From: a virus
IMG/VR virus record: IMGVR_UViG_3300046318_000491
Location: 32,001 to 96,000 of that record
Strand: one strand, 5' to 3'
DNA length: 64,000 nt
In this document: positions 1 to 11,216 of the stretch, piece by piece
How the letters are laid out: the number at the start of each line of letters is the position of its first letter
Numbering within the stretch: the first letter of the stretch is position 1
Made by a program: the position numbers and the translations under genes
Notes under the pieces: generated by a model
The model's input: the letters and a program-made list of their open reading frames with translations, nothing else
Told to the model about the DNA's origin: nothing
The model's database searches: none

Positions 1-1
1 T

Positions 2-331
2 GTAGTAGCCAGCCGCAGCATGCGAATGATGGTGATAAGCAACATAAGTAGGGATGCCTTTTAGCTCAGGCATACTTTTGTAAAATGGTTTTCCGCCACC
101 TAGCCCGCCTCGCGAAAAGATGCGCCAATTCTTCAGCCAGCGATCTTCATAGTAAGCAATTTGATCTGGTAGACCATAGCTCAATGCTTCTAACAACAGT
201 TCACGGTTAGTGAACCAATCATTTTTTACTTTAGAGTAGCGCTCGGCATGAGCAGCAAATATAATTTTTCCATCTTCAAGTACAGATACAGAAGCATCGT
301 GGGAAGTCTCATTGATGCCAAGTATTCTCAT
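2..331 (-). CDS. Carbamoyltransferase, NodU/CmcH/TobZ family, N-terminal part (runs off the window start; not in the ORF track)
   Basis: Manual translation from ATG 331: MRILGINETSHDASVSVLEDGKIIFAAHAERYSKVKND...AYYE...YHHHSHAAAGYY. This has the ILGI..HDAS, ER..K.K.D and HH.SHAA motifs of the family. Confidence 0.9.
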   Translation of the reverse strand, partial: MRILGINETSHDASVSVLEDGKIIFAAHAERYSKVKNDWFTNRELLLEALSYGLPDQIAYYEDRWLKNWRIFSRGGLGGGKPFYKSMPELKGIPTYVAYHHHSHAAAGYY

Positions 332-340
332 GGAACTATT

Positions 341-574
341 CTATAGCTCTATACCAGAGTTAGTGGCTCGCCAAACACTAGGAGCGTGGTTGTCTTCAAC
401 AGCAAGTTTTGCAGTTGGGTCCTCATATAAACGCAAAATATGAATACACGGGTCAGATTCCTCGAACTCTAAGTCCTCTGCCTCTGATGTGGGTAGCCCA
501 TCATGCGTATAGCAAACGGCTGGACCAACCCATCCAGCAGTGATTCCAGTTTGAAGCCAAGTATCGAAGTCCAT
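341..574 (-). CDS. Hypothetical phage protein with CxxHD and CxH motifs
   Basis: ORF track 341..601; start moved to ATG 574, which follows an AGGAGAG SD. Confidence 0.7.
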   Translation of the reverse strand: MDFDTWLQTGITAGWVGPAVCYTHDGLPTSEAEDLEFEESDPCIHILRLYEDPTAKLAVEDNHAPSVWRATNSGIEL

Positions 575-638
575 TTGCTCTCCTAAAATTAAACCCTCCA
601 CCCAGAATAGGGCAAAGGGTCTAATTTGTCAAATAGGA

Positions 639-923
639 CTACTGGTATTTTTCTTCTTCAGGCTTTGATTCACCAAGACCGTCAGCAGTTGCTTTAGGGT
701 CTTTCACATTGAAGGCAGCATTAATTTCTTCAGCAGTTAGTTTGCCATCATCGATGTAGGCACGAGCTAGACGCTCAACTACGGCTGCTACAGCACCAGC
801 ACCTGCCATTAGGCAAGCCTGTGCAAGGCCAACACCAACGATAGATCCAGTACCAATAACGCTAAGCGCGGTGGCGATAAATACCGCCATAATTCGGTAT
901 ACGATACCTAGAACAGTTTTCAT
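639..923 (-). CDS. Small membrane protein, possibly holin-like
   Basis: Two hydrophobic segments followed by a charged C-terminal tail; GGGAG SD upstream. Confidence 0.5.
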   Translation of the reverse strand: MKTVLGIVYRIMAVFIATALSVIGTGSIVGVGLAQACLMAGAGAVAAVVERLARAYIDDGKLTAEEINAAFNVKDPKATADGLGESKPEEEKYQ

Positions 924-980
924 TTTTCTCCCGGGATAGAGGTTAGTTAATTAAGCCTCTCTCCCAAGGGCATGAAATTA

Positions 981-1295
981 TTATAGCATTTTAGCGATAT
1001 TGCGAGTGCGAAGGCGTCGCATCATACGCCGACGGTCCATTTGAGTCATGCCTCCCCAGATACCCTGTAAATCAAGGCGCTCTAGCGCAAAGCCAGCGCA
1101 TTCCAGCTTATAAGGGCATTCAGCACAGATTGCTTTAGCCTCTCGCTCATTGGAGTAATACTCGAACTTAGCGATTATGGCATCAGAATGATCGACAGGG
1201 AAAAATATATCCGGGTCTGTTTGACTGCATAAAGGGTCACCATTGTCTGTAAAGTTAGGGAAACCCTCTAAGTATCCAATGCTATCAAAATCCAT
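981..1295 (-). CDS. whiB: WhiB-family Fe-S transcription factor
   Basis: C...DPDIFFP...AKAICAECPYKLEC...GIWGG...RRR: four Cys, the G[IV]WGG turn and a basic tail. Confidence 0.93.
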   Translation of the reverse strand: MDFDSIGYLEGFPNFTDNGDPLCSQTDPDIFFPVDHSDAIIAKFEYYSNEREAKAICAECPYKLECAGFALERLDLQGIWGGMTQMDRRRMMRRLRTRNIAKML

Positions 1296-1319
1296 GGCGA
1301 GAGCCTTCCTAGTGCATAG

Positions 1320-1505
1320 TTATCTGTTCGTATGCTGGAACCCAGAACCTTTAAAAGTAATTGGCGGAGCACTGAACACTCTCAATAGTTTACCTTCGCA
1401 ACCCTCTTCAGCGCAAGTCGATCTAGTAGAAGGTTCGGTAATACTTCGGATCTCGGAGTATTTATGCTCCGGGTTCAAGTCACATTTAAATTCGTAAGTA
1501 GGCAT
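1320..1505 (-). CDS. FmdB-family zinc-ribbon protein
   Basis: MPTYEFKC...C...C...RVFSAPPITFKGSGF signature. Confidence 0.85.
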   Translation of the reverse strand: MPTYEFKCDLNPEHKYSEIRSITEPSTRSTCAEEGCEGKLLRVFSAPPITFKGSGFQHTNR

Positions 1506-1524
1506 GGGTACAAGTTTACAGGGT

Positions 1525-1553
1525 AAAAGAAAACCCCTACCGAAGTAGGGGGT
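1525..1553 (-). terminator. Intrinsic terminator of the nrdHIEF operon
   Basis: Minus strand reads ACCCCCTAC-TTCG-GTAGGGGT-TTTCTTTT (UUCG-loop hairpin plus U tract), 12 nt after the nrdF stop. Confidence 0.85.
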
Positions 1554-1565
1554 CTCTCATCTGAA

Positions 1566-4654
<3,089 letters not shown>

Positions 4655-5064
4655 AGCTGCTCTAGCCTTTCAGTTATTTCCATAATGTCATCTGGCGTTC
4701 CTAGTATCTCTGCTCGGTATAGCAACGGAACGCCCGTCTTTGCTACAACGACATCTGCGGCTAAGCAATAGTGCTCACCAAAGTTGGTGTTACCAGTGCC
4801 GATGACCCCGCGGATAAGGTCTCTGTTTTGTTGCAAATTTAAAAACTTTACTACTTGACGTGGAACTGCTTTTTCATACTCTCCCCCGCCATAGGTAGGA
4901 AGGATCAAAACATATTCACGTTTTACAAGCAGAGGGCTCTCTGCATCCCACTTAAGTGGAATTTGTACAAGACTAGTCAGAAAAGAGAACTTTTCTGCAA
5001 AGCGCTTAGTGTTTCCAGACGCGCTGGAGAAATAGACGATGTCGTACATAACATCAGCCTACTA

Positions 5065-5292
5065 CTAGTTAACTGATAAAGCACCTAATTTGTCAGGGCG
5101 GAAGCCTGACCAGTGGTCGTCGCCAGCGATAACGATTGGTGCAGCTTGATAACCAAGAGTTTTTACCATTTCATATGCAGCTTCATCCTGGCTAAGGTCA
5201 ATAACGGAGTACTCAACGTTATTTTTGTCTAAAACCTTTTTTGTACTTTCACATTGAACGCAAGATGGAAGTGTATAAACGGTTACAGACAT
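5065..5292 (-). CDS. nrdH: Glutaredoxin-like NrdH
   Basis: CVQC active site and WSGFRPD motif. Confidence 0.95.
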   Translation of the reverse strand: MSVTVYTLPSCVQCESTKKVLDKNNVEYSVIDLSQDEAAYEMVKTLGYQAAPIVIAGDDHWSGFRPDKLGALSVN

Positions 5293-5329
5293 TAGGAGAG
5301 CCTTTCAGGGCATAGAGTTATAAGCCAAA

Positions 5330-5385
5330 TCCTGACGATTTTTCCAAAATTTCTCTGGTTCGTCAGGAGGCGGATTACTAGTATA
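5330..5385 (-). promoter_or_regulatory. Candidate -10 (TATACT) and 5'-UTR stem-loop of the nrdHIEF transcript
   Basis: TATACT at 5385-5380; inverted repeat TCCTGACGA/TCGTCAGGA at 5330-5338 and 5360-5368. Confidence 0.5.
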
Positions 5386-5413
5386 AGTCAAAAAATGACG
5401 AGCGATTTTTTCG

Positions 5414-5644
5414 CTAAAAAAAGAATACAGCGTCCGCGATCTCTTTGCAAATCGGGCAAAGTTTTAAACGCTCAGGGTTTTTTGAAGGGATAAAAATTTT
5501 TCCACATAGGGCCTCAACAGGGGTTCCCATTATGTAGCCCTCCGTCACAGATGCGGCCTCAGCGTAATGAGCCAGTTCATCGTTGTTTTCAGAATCCGTG
5601 TCCTGGTCTAGGTTAGTTTCTACCAGATCTAAAACCTGAGTCAT
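5414..5644 (-). CDS. DUF3039-family protein (actinobacterial)
   Basis: AHY...GTPVEALCGKIFIP...CPICKEI pattern. Confidence 0.85.
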   Translation of the reverse strand: MTQVLDLVETNLDQDTDSENNDELAHYAEAASVTEGYIMGTPVEALCGKIFIPSKNPERLKLCPICKEIADAVFFF

Positions 5645-6594
5645 ACAGCCTCCAGCATTGATAGCACCTTTGATTTTGGAATTGTAGCAAGGTGGCTACT
5701 TAAATCATTTGTACCATAAGAGATAACAAAATTAGAACCGTGCTCTACTAGTCCAGCAGCAAATTCAATGCCATTAATTTCAAACTGAAATTCCGGCGAG
5801 ATCGCAATCAGATCCCCTAGCTGGTTGTAGCGAACAAACTGATGCGTATAGAACTTCTGCTTACCAGCCTGTACCGCAAATGTCCTACGGCTCTGATACG
5901 TGACATTCTTGACGTAGAGAACGTGTACAACAGCGAGGTAAGTGCCATCGCCTAAGTCGTGAAGATTAGTATTCCCCCGAAGACCGCTGAGCTTTTTGTT
6001 TGAATTAAATTTATTGATTAAAGTACTGTCTTTAATTATAGCAGTGGGGCCGTAAATATACTCAAAGTTGGGATTAGGTTCGTAGGGGGCCATCCAGTTT
6101 TTCTCTGGCTTGGCATATTCTGGACCGTCATACTTCTCAACTAGAGTAGCCAAATTCTTTTTATGATCATATTTATATAGAGCCACACGAGCAACTGGAG
6201 TATGGCCTTTTTCCATCATGATGCCAGTAAAGTACCAAGAGCCATTACGCCAAAAAAGTTTTGCATCTTCAATCCCTCGTTCTAATAAAAACTCAGATTG
6301 AGCAAACTCTACTTGTCGTAAATTTTTAAAATTTAGCTGATCGTCAAGCTCAGTGAACCACACTTGATTTTTAATCTCACCCTGATTGGTGACCTCTAAG
6401 TACCCAGTGTCTAGATAGATAACGTAATTACTGGAGCGAATTGTTATGGCATAGCCCTCGATTGGAGAATATGCAATTGAAGGGTTAAAGGCAGACCAGG
6501 TTTTTACATCAGGATCTACTAATCTGCGAATCTGTCTGGTGGCCCCGCCCAGTTTCGCAATAGTAGGGTATGTTTGCTTAATTTTATTTTTCAT
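5641..6594 (-). CDS. Putative five-bladed beta-propeller glycosidase-like protein (GH43/GH130-like clan)
   Basis: FNPSI, EDAKLF, EKNWM, IEFAAGL and SYG..D motifs recur in phage proteins of this type; specificity unknown. Confidence 0.55.
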   Translation of the reverse strand: MKNKIKQTYPTIAKLGGATRQIRRLVDPDVKTWSAFNPSIAYSPIEGYAITIRSSNYVIYLDTGYLEVTNQGEIKNQVWFTELDDQLNFKNLRQVEFAQSEFLLERGIEDAKLFWRNGSWYFTGIMMEKGHTPVARVALYKYDHKKNLATLVEKYDGPEYAKPEKNWMAPYEPNPNFEYIYGPTAIIKDSTLINKFNSNKKLSGLRGNTNLHDLGDGTYLAVVHVLYVKNVTYQSRRTFAVQAGKQKFYTHQFVRYNQLGDLIAISPEFQFEINGIEFAAGLVEHGSNFVISYGTNDLSSHLATIPKSKVLSMLEAV

Positions 6595-7400
6595 ACATAA
6601 ATCACTGCCGGATAGCGATCCTTAACGTCAGATATCTTTTTTGCAACTGCAAATAGATTATCCCCCATATCAGCCAAGTCCAAGTTATATCCAGCACCCC
6701 TGAGGCGCTCTACGTCATCCAAGAACGGGTCTTCAAAGGTATTCTCGGTCCAGATATCGACCTGAAATCCTGCAGCCTCTAGGACACTTTTAAGGGTTCT
6801 TTTGCTGTACTCGTAGTTGTGTCGGTACGGGTTTCGGTCCTTATGATATTGCATGTAGAAATATGGCTCATAGCCACGTAGAATCTTCCACAAGCCCTGA
6901 GTACTGCAAGAGTTAGGGGTACTTAGGATTAATGTCCCATCCACCTTCAGTACACGATTAAGCTCAGATAGCATAAACATGGGGTCTACATCTAAGTGCT
7001 CTAATACCTCGGAGCATAGAATGGAGTCATATAGTTCATCCTCTACGGGCAATGTGGTGGACTCGAGATCCACTGCCATGTAAGTAGCCGTCAAAGAGGT
7101 AGAACCAAATACAATGCTCAGCTCTCCTTTTATTGGCATAGACAGATCAAAATTAGTGACATCTACCGTGACTCCAGGAGCTAATTTAGCTAAGGCTACA
7201 GGGATTATAGAGCTAGTGCCGACCTCCAACATACGGCCCCCTAGAGGGTTGCTTAATAAAATTTCTAGTGTTCTAGCATGACGTCTAGCATGAGTAGCAT
7301 GGTAGTGCTCATCGGTGCCATATCCCGACTCTTCTTTTATTAAACTTTGCAGGGTACTTGCAATTTTCTTATCTACCCCAAGATACGGTAGTGAAATCAT
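6591..7400 (-). CDS. Class I SAM-dependent methyltransferase
   Basis: MLEVGT motif I, LP..DELYDSILCSEVLEHL and ELNRVLKVDGTLILSTPN. Confidence 0.88.
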   Translation of the reverse strand: MISLPYLGVDKKIASTLQSLIKEESGYGTDEHYHATHARRHARTLEILLSNPLGGRMLEVGTSSIIPVALAKLAPGVTVDVTNFDLSMPIKGELSIVFGSTSLTATYMAVDLESTTLPVEDELYDSILCSEVLEHLDVDPMFMLSELNRVLKVDGTLILSTPNSCSTQGLWKILRGYEPYFYMQYHKDRNPYRHNYEYSKRTLKSVLEAAGFQVDIWTENTFEDPFLDDVERLRGAGYNLDLADMGDNLFAVAKKISDVKDRYPAVIYV

Positions 7401-7492
7401 CTTTAATCCCTAAATGTGCCTCTAAGGTGCTCATCTTACCACACTGTAAATGCTGTAAAATAAGTATTGACTGTATCTCCCGAAAGTGCGTA

Positions 7493-7855
7493 ATGAGTAC
7501 ACCTGCTGGTCTTTATAACATCATAGCCGATCAGGGCTCTACTTTCTCGCGCACAATCGTATGGCGAGATCCAGCCAAGAAACCAATCTTGATGGAAGGC
7601 TACAAAGCCCGAATGCACGTCAGAACCTCAGTGGATGCTTCCGATACAGTCCTCGTACTCACCACTGAGAATGGTCGAATTAGTCTTCACCGAACTAATG
7701 GTCAGATTACTTTAACCATAGACGATGACACGATGGCTGCTATTCCTGAAGACAAGTACGTATATGACTTAGAGCTGCTTGGCCCTACTGCTTCACTATA
7801 CGTATACAAATTACTAACAGGCAATTTTGTTGTCCGAGCAGAGGTGACTCGATAA
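7493..7855 (+). CDS. Small beta-sandwich virion protein, putative fibre attachment/adaptor (paralog of 29505..29870)
   Basis: Start moved to ATG 7493. YNIIADQGSTF...YVYDLEL...GNFVVRAEVT aligns by eye with YDIIVDQGATL...YVYDLEM...GNLTVRPEVT. Heads a fibre gene block. Confidence 0.6.
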   Translation: MSTPAGLYNIIADQGSTFSRTIVWRDPAKKPILMEGYKARMHVRTSVDASDTVLVLTTENGRISLHRTNGQITLTIDDDTMAAIPEDKYVYDLELLGPTASLYVYKLLTGNFVVRAEVTR

Positions 7856-8172
7856 TGGCTGGAGATGTTCCAAGCAGTGTCGCGACGGGAAGATATGTCC
7901 GTCAAATTGTCGTTTCCGCTCCAGGTCCACAGGGCCCTGGTGGTGTTGATGGCGTTCAAGCCGATGACATTGTTGCTTTGGTTTCATATCGTCATACTCA
8001 AAACACCCCACTCACTACGTGGACAGTAAACCACAACTTAAACTTCTACCCAAATGTAACAGTGTTCAATAGTGCTGGAAATCAGGTAGAGGGAAATGTA
8101 ATACACACTGATGCAACATCCCTAACCATAACTTTCTCGACAACCGTGTCGGGAAAAGCTCATCTCTCATAA
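7855..8172 (+). CDS. Small structural protein
   Basis: Short GPQGP stretch, then a WTVNHNL..PNVTVF domain that resembles the C-terminus of the next gene; TAATG coupling. Confidence 0.6.
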   Translation: MAGDVPSSVATGRYVRQIVVSAPGPQGPGGVDGVQADDIVALVSYRHTQNTPLTTWTVNHNLNFYPNVTVFNSAGNQVEGNVIHTDATSLTITFSTTVSGKAHLS

Positions 8173-8182
8173 GGAAAAATAA

Positions 8183-10276
8183 ATGGCTCGCCAATTTCTA
8201 ACTGGGCTCAATCTAAATAAGAATGAGCTTCTAAATGCAAAAATCCAAAACCTCTCGACCACAGACATTGCTGCTATCAGCAGTCCTACAGCTGGTCAAC
8301 TCGCTTTTGACACCGACCTACACCAGCTCAAGGTATATAGCGGCACCGCATGGCTAGCTCTAGCTGCTGGCGGTAATGTACAGGAGGCAATCACAGCCGC
8401 TATTGATGCATTGACTACAGATGACATCGAAGAGGGCTCCACTAATCTCTATTACGAGACCGGCCGCGCTAAGACCGACGCTGCAGCCCTTCTAACTAGT
8501 GCAACTAAGACCAACATCACCATCACTGGTGACGGTGATGGTCTCACAATCACAGCTGAGAACGGTGTTGCTGACTCAACCACTGACGACCTTACTGAAG
8601 GTACTACTAACAAGTACTTCACCGACCAGCGTGCAATCGACGCTGTTGGTGGCTCAGCTAGTTCCGCAAATGACCCGAACACCGTTGTAAAGCGTGATGG
8701 CTCCGGGAATTTTGCAGCTGGACAGATCACAGCGAATGAGATTGTAGTTCAAACTGCCGGTAGCATCTTCGAGGACTCTGCCCTTAACATTACATCGACC
8801 AGTGGAAATGACATCAACATTTCTGCTAACCAAGACGTAAACATCACCTCGGCTAACGGCGACATTGTTCTTAACCCTGATGGCAACCTATACAAGGGCT
8901 CAGTAGGTTCTACTAACGAGATTATTACTCAGAGCAGACTTGACTCATACATCGGTGACAACACTGTAAACGGTTCGACTGGTAACACTGTTGCTGACCG
9001 AATTGGCTCAGTCACTGGTAACCTAACCACGCACATCAACGACACCTCTGCTCACGGCACTACCGGAGATGTTGTTGGTACCTCAGACTCCCAGAGTCTA
9101 ACCAATAAGACTCTCGGAACTGGCACAGTTCTTAGCGCTAACGTAGATGCTAACACCTACACCATTACCGACCTAGGTACCCCTTCAAACGACTCTGATG
9201 CCGCTACCAAGCTCTATGTAGACGACACAGTACTTGACCACGCCGCTGCGACAAGCGGAATTCACGGGGTTACAGGTAACATAGTTGGCACCTCAGACAA
9301 TCAGACCCTAACCAACAAGAATTTTGGTTCAGGTAACGTACTTACTGCAGATCTAGATGCTGATGGCAGCACCATTACCAACCTACCTACACCTACTAAC
9401 TCGGGCGACGCAGCAACAAAGGGCTACGTTGACAATGCAGTTGCAGGTCTAACTTGGAAGCCAGCAGTTCACTTGCTTGCAACTTCTAACGTTGCTTTGA
9501 CTGGAGATAACGAGACCCTCGTTATTGACGGCCACACTGCGCTAGGTGTTGATGAAGTTGGTTACCGAATCTTGCTAACCGCTCAGACAACAGACTCACA
9601 AAACGGTATCTATGTATACGCAGACACCGGGACTACATATACCCTCACACGTTCTGCAGATGCAGATGTCTACACCGAACTAAAGGGTGCAACTGTATTC
9701 GTCCAGGAAGGCACCACTTACGGACAGTCGGCATGGACTCAAGGCAACACATACCTAACTGACTTTACTGCTCAAGATTGGGTACAGTTCTCTGGTGCAG
9801 CTCAGATTGTGGCAGGCGCTGGTCTAACCAAGGATGGAAACACTCTTGATGTAGTTGGAACCACCAACCGCATCACCGTGCACGCTGACAACATTGACAT
9901 TTCTACAAGCTATGTCGGTCAGTCAAGCATTACAACCCTTGGAACCATTACCACTGGTGTTTGGAATGGTACTGACATTGCTGTCGCAGATGGTGGTACT
10001 GGTGCTTCAACAGCTGCTGGTGCTCGTCAGAACCTTGGTGCAACCACTAAGTACACAGAGGCTAACCCAGAGCTAATCGTTTCAAGCGGTGAAGTCACTT
10101 GGACCGTAACCCACAACCTAGGTATTCGTACTGTAGTTGTTCAGGTTTATGACACTGTAGGATTTGACTCAGTGGAGGTTGACGTAGAGCGCACCAACAC
10201 CAATACTGTCACTCTCCAGTGGCCAGCATCAGCAACTGTAGATGCAGGATCATACCAAGTAGTAATCATCGGTTAA
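8183..10276 (+). CDS. Tail-fibre-like structural protein
   Basis: Thr/Gly/Asp-rich; repeated EG.TN.Y[YF], AATK.YVD and HG.TG..VGTSD.Q.LTNK fibre motifs; AAGGA SD. Confidence 0.75.
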   Translation: MARQFLTGLNLNKNELLNAKIQNLSTTDIAAISSPTAGQLAFDTDLHQLKVYSGTAWLALAAGGNVQEAITAAIDALTTDDIEEGSTNLYYETGRAKTDAAALLTSATKTNITITGDGDGLTITAENGVADSTTDDLTEGTTNKYFTDQRAIDAVGGSASSANDPNTVVKRDGSGNFAAGQITANEIVVQTAGSIFEDSALNITSTSGNDINISANQDVNITSANGDIVLNPDGNLYKGSVGSTNEIITQSRLDSYIGDNTVNGSTGNTVADRIGSVTGNLTTHINDTSAHGTTGDVVGTSDSQSLTNKTLGTGTVLSANVDANTYTITDLGTPSNDSDAATKLYVDDTVLDHAAATSGIHGVTGNIVGTSDNQTLTNKNFGSGNVLTADLDADGSTITNLPTPTNSGDAATKGYVDNAVAGLTWKPAVHLLATSNVALTGDNETLVIDGHTALGVDEVGYRILLTAQTTDSQNGIYVYADTGTTYTLTRSADADVYTELKGATVFVQEGTTYGQSAWTQGNTYLTDFTAQDWVQFSGAAQIVAGAGLTKDGNTLDVVGTTNRITVHADNIDISTSYVGQSSITTLGTITTGVWNGTDIAVADGGTGASTAAGARQNLGATTKYTEANPELIVSSGEVTWTVTHNLGIRTVVVQVYDTVGFDSVEVDVERTNTNTVTLQWPASATVDAGSYQVVIIG

Positions 10277-10301
10277 CATCTAACGATTAAAAGGATCCCA
10301 G

Positions 10302-11216
10302 TTGTCTAGAAAGTTTTTAACACCAGTTGGCCTACCGAAGGGCGACACACTCCCTTCGGTAGGCTCTGCTGGCGATCTCTTTTATAAACTAGACGCGCAA
10401 AAGATCTATGTCCACAATGGCACTGAATGGGTAATTGCTCAGGGTTCTGGCGGGCAGACTACTGTTTCGGCAACAGCACCAACTGGAGCAACCGAGGGCG
10501 ACACTTGGTTTAATACCACTAACGCCAGGAGTTACGTCTACTATGACGGCGCTTGGGTAGATATTTCAGTTGGAAGTATTGGCGCTACGGGGCCTACTGG
10601 ACCGACTGGCCCCCAGGGTGATGCAGGCCCTGGCGGTATTCAGGGTGATACTGGTCCAACTGGTGCTCAGGGTGCATCGATCAACTTCGCTGGATCTGTA
10701 GCAGACTACAGCGAGCTTGACGCAATCACTGGTCAGGCTGTCAATGATGCCTACATCGTGCAGTCTGACGGCAACTTGTGGGTGTGGGATGGCGCAAACT
10801 GGAATGACGTAGGTCAGATTGTTGGACCTACGGGACCTACAGGACCTCAGGGTGCAACTGGTGCTACTGGAGCAAGCGTCACGGGACCTACAGGACCTCA
10901 AGGAGAGACAGGCGCAACAGGTGCAACTGGCCCCCAGGGTGAACCGGGCGAGGGTGGCGGCGTCAGCTCAATGGATCTGCTGACAGATGTTGCTCTAGCA
11001 GATTTACTAGATGGTGACGTACTTTTTTACAATCAAGCAAGTTCAAAATGGATCAACGTAAGCCTAGTTTCAATCCTCGCTGATCTTGGAGCTCTCCCGG
11101 GGATATCTGGCGGAGACTATAACACAACAATATTCGCTGGTACAATTGATGGTGGGCAATACAACACCACCAGCTTTGGATCGTCAATCGACGGTGGAAA
11201 TGAAGGTAGCTTCTAA
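10302..11216 (+). CDS. Collagen-like fibre protein
   Basis: G-X-T/G-X-Q triplets flanking a [16 protein letters not shown] module; [13 protein letters not shown] motif. Confidence 0.75.
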   Translation: MSRKFLTPVGLPKGDTLPSVGSAGDLFYKLDAQKIYVHNGTEWVIAQGSGGQTTVSATAPTGATEGDTWFNTTNARSYVYYDGAWVDISVGSIGATGPTGPTGPQGDAGPGGIQGDTGPTGAQGASINFAGSVADYSELDAITGQAVNDAYIVQSDGNLWVWDGANWNDVGQIVGPTGPTGPQGATGATGASVTGPTGPQGETGATGATGPQGEPGEGGGVSSMDLLTDVALADLLDGDVLFYNQASSKWINVSLVSILADLGALPGISGGDYNTTIFAGTIDGGQYNTTSFGSSIDGGNEGSF

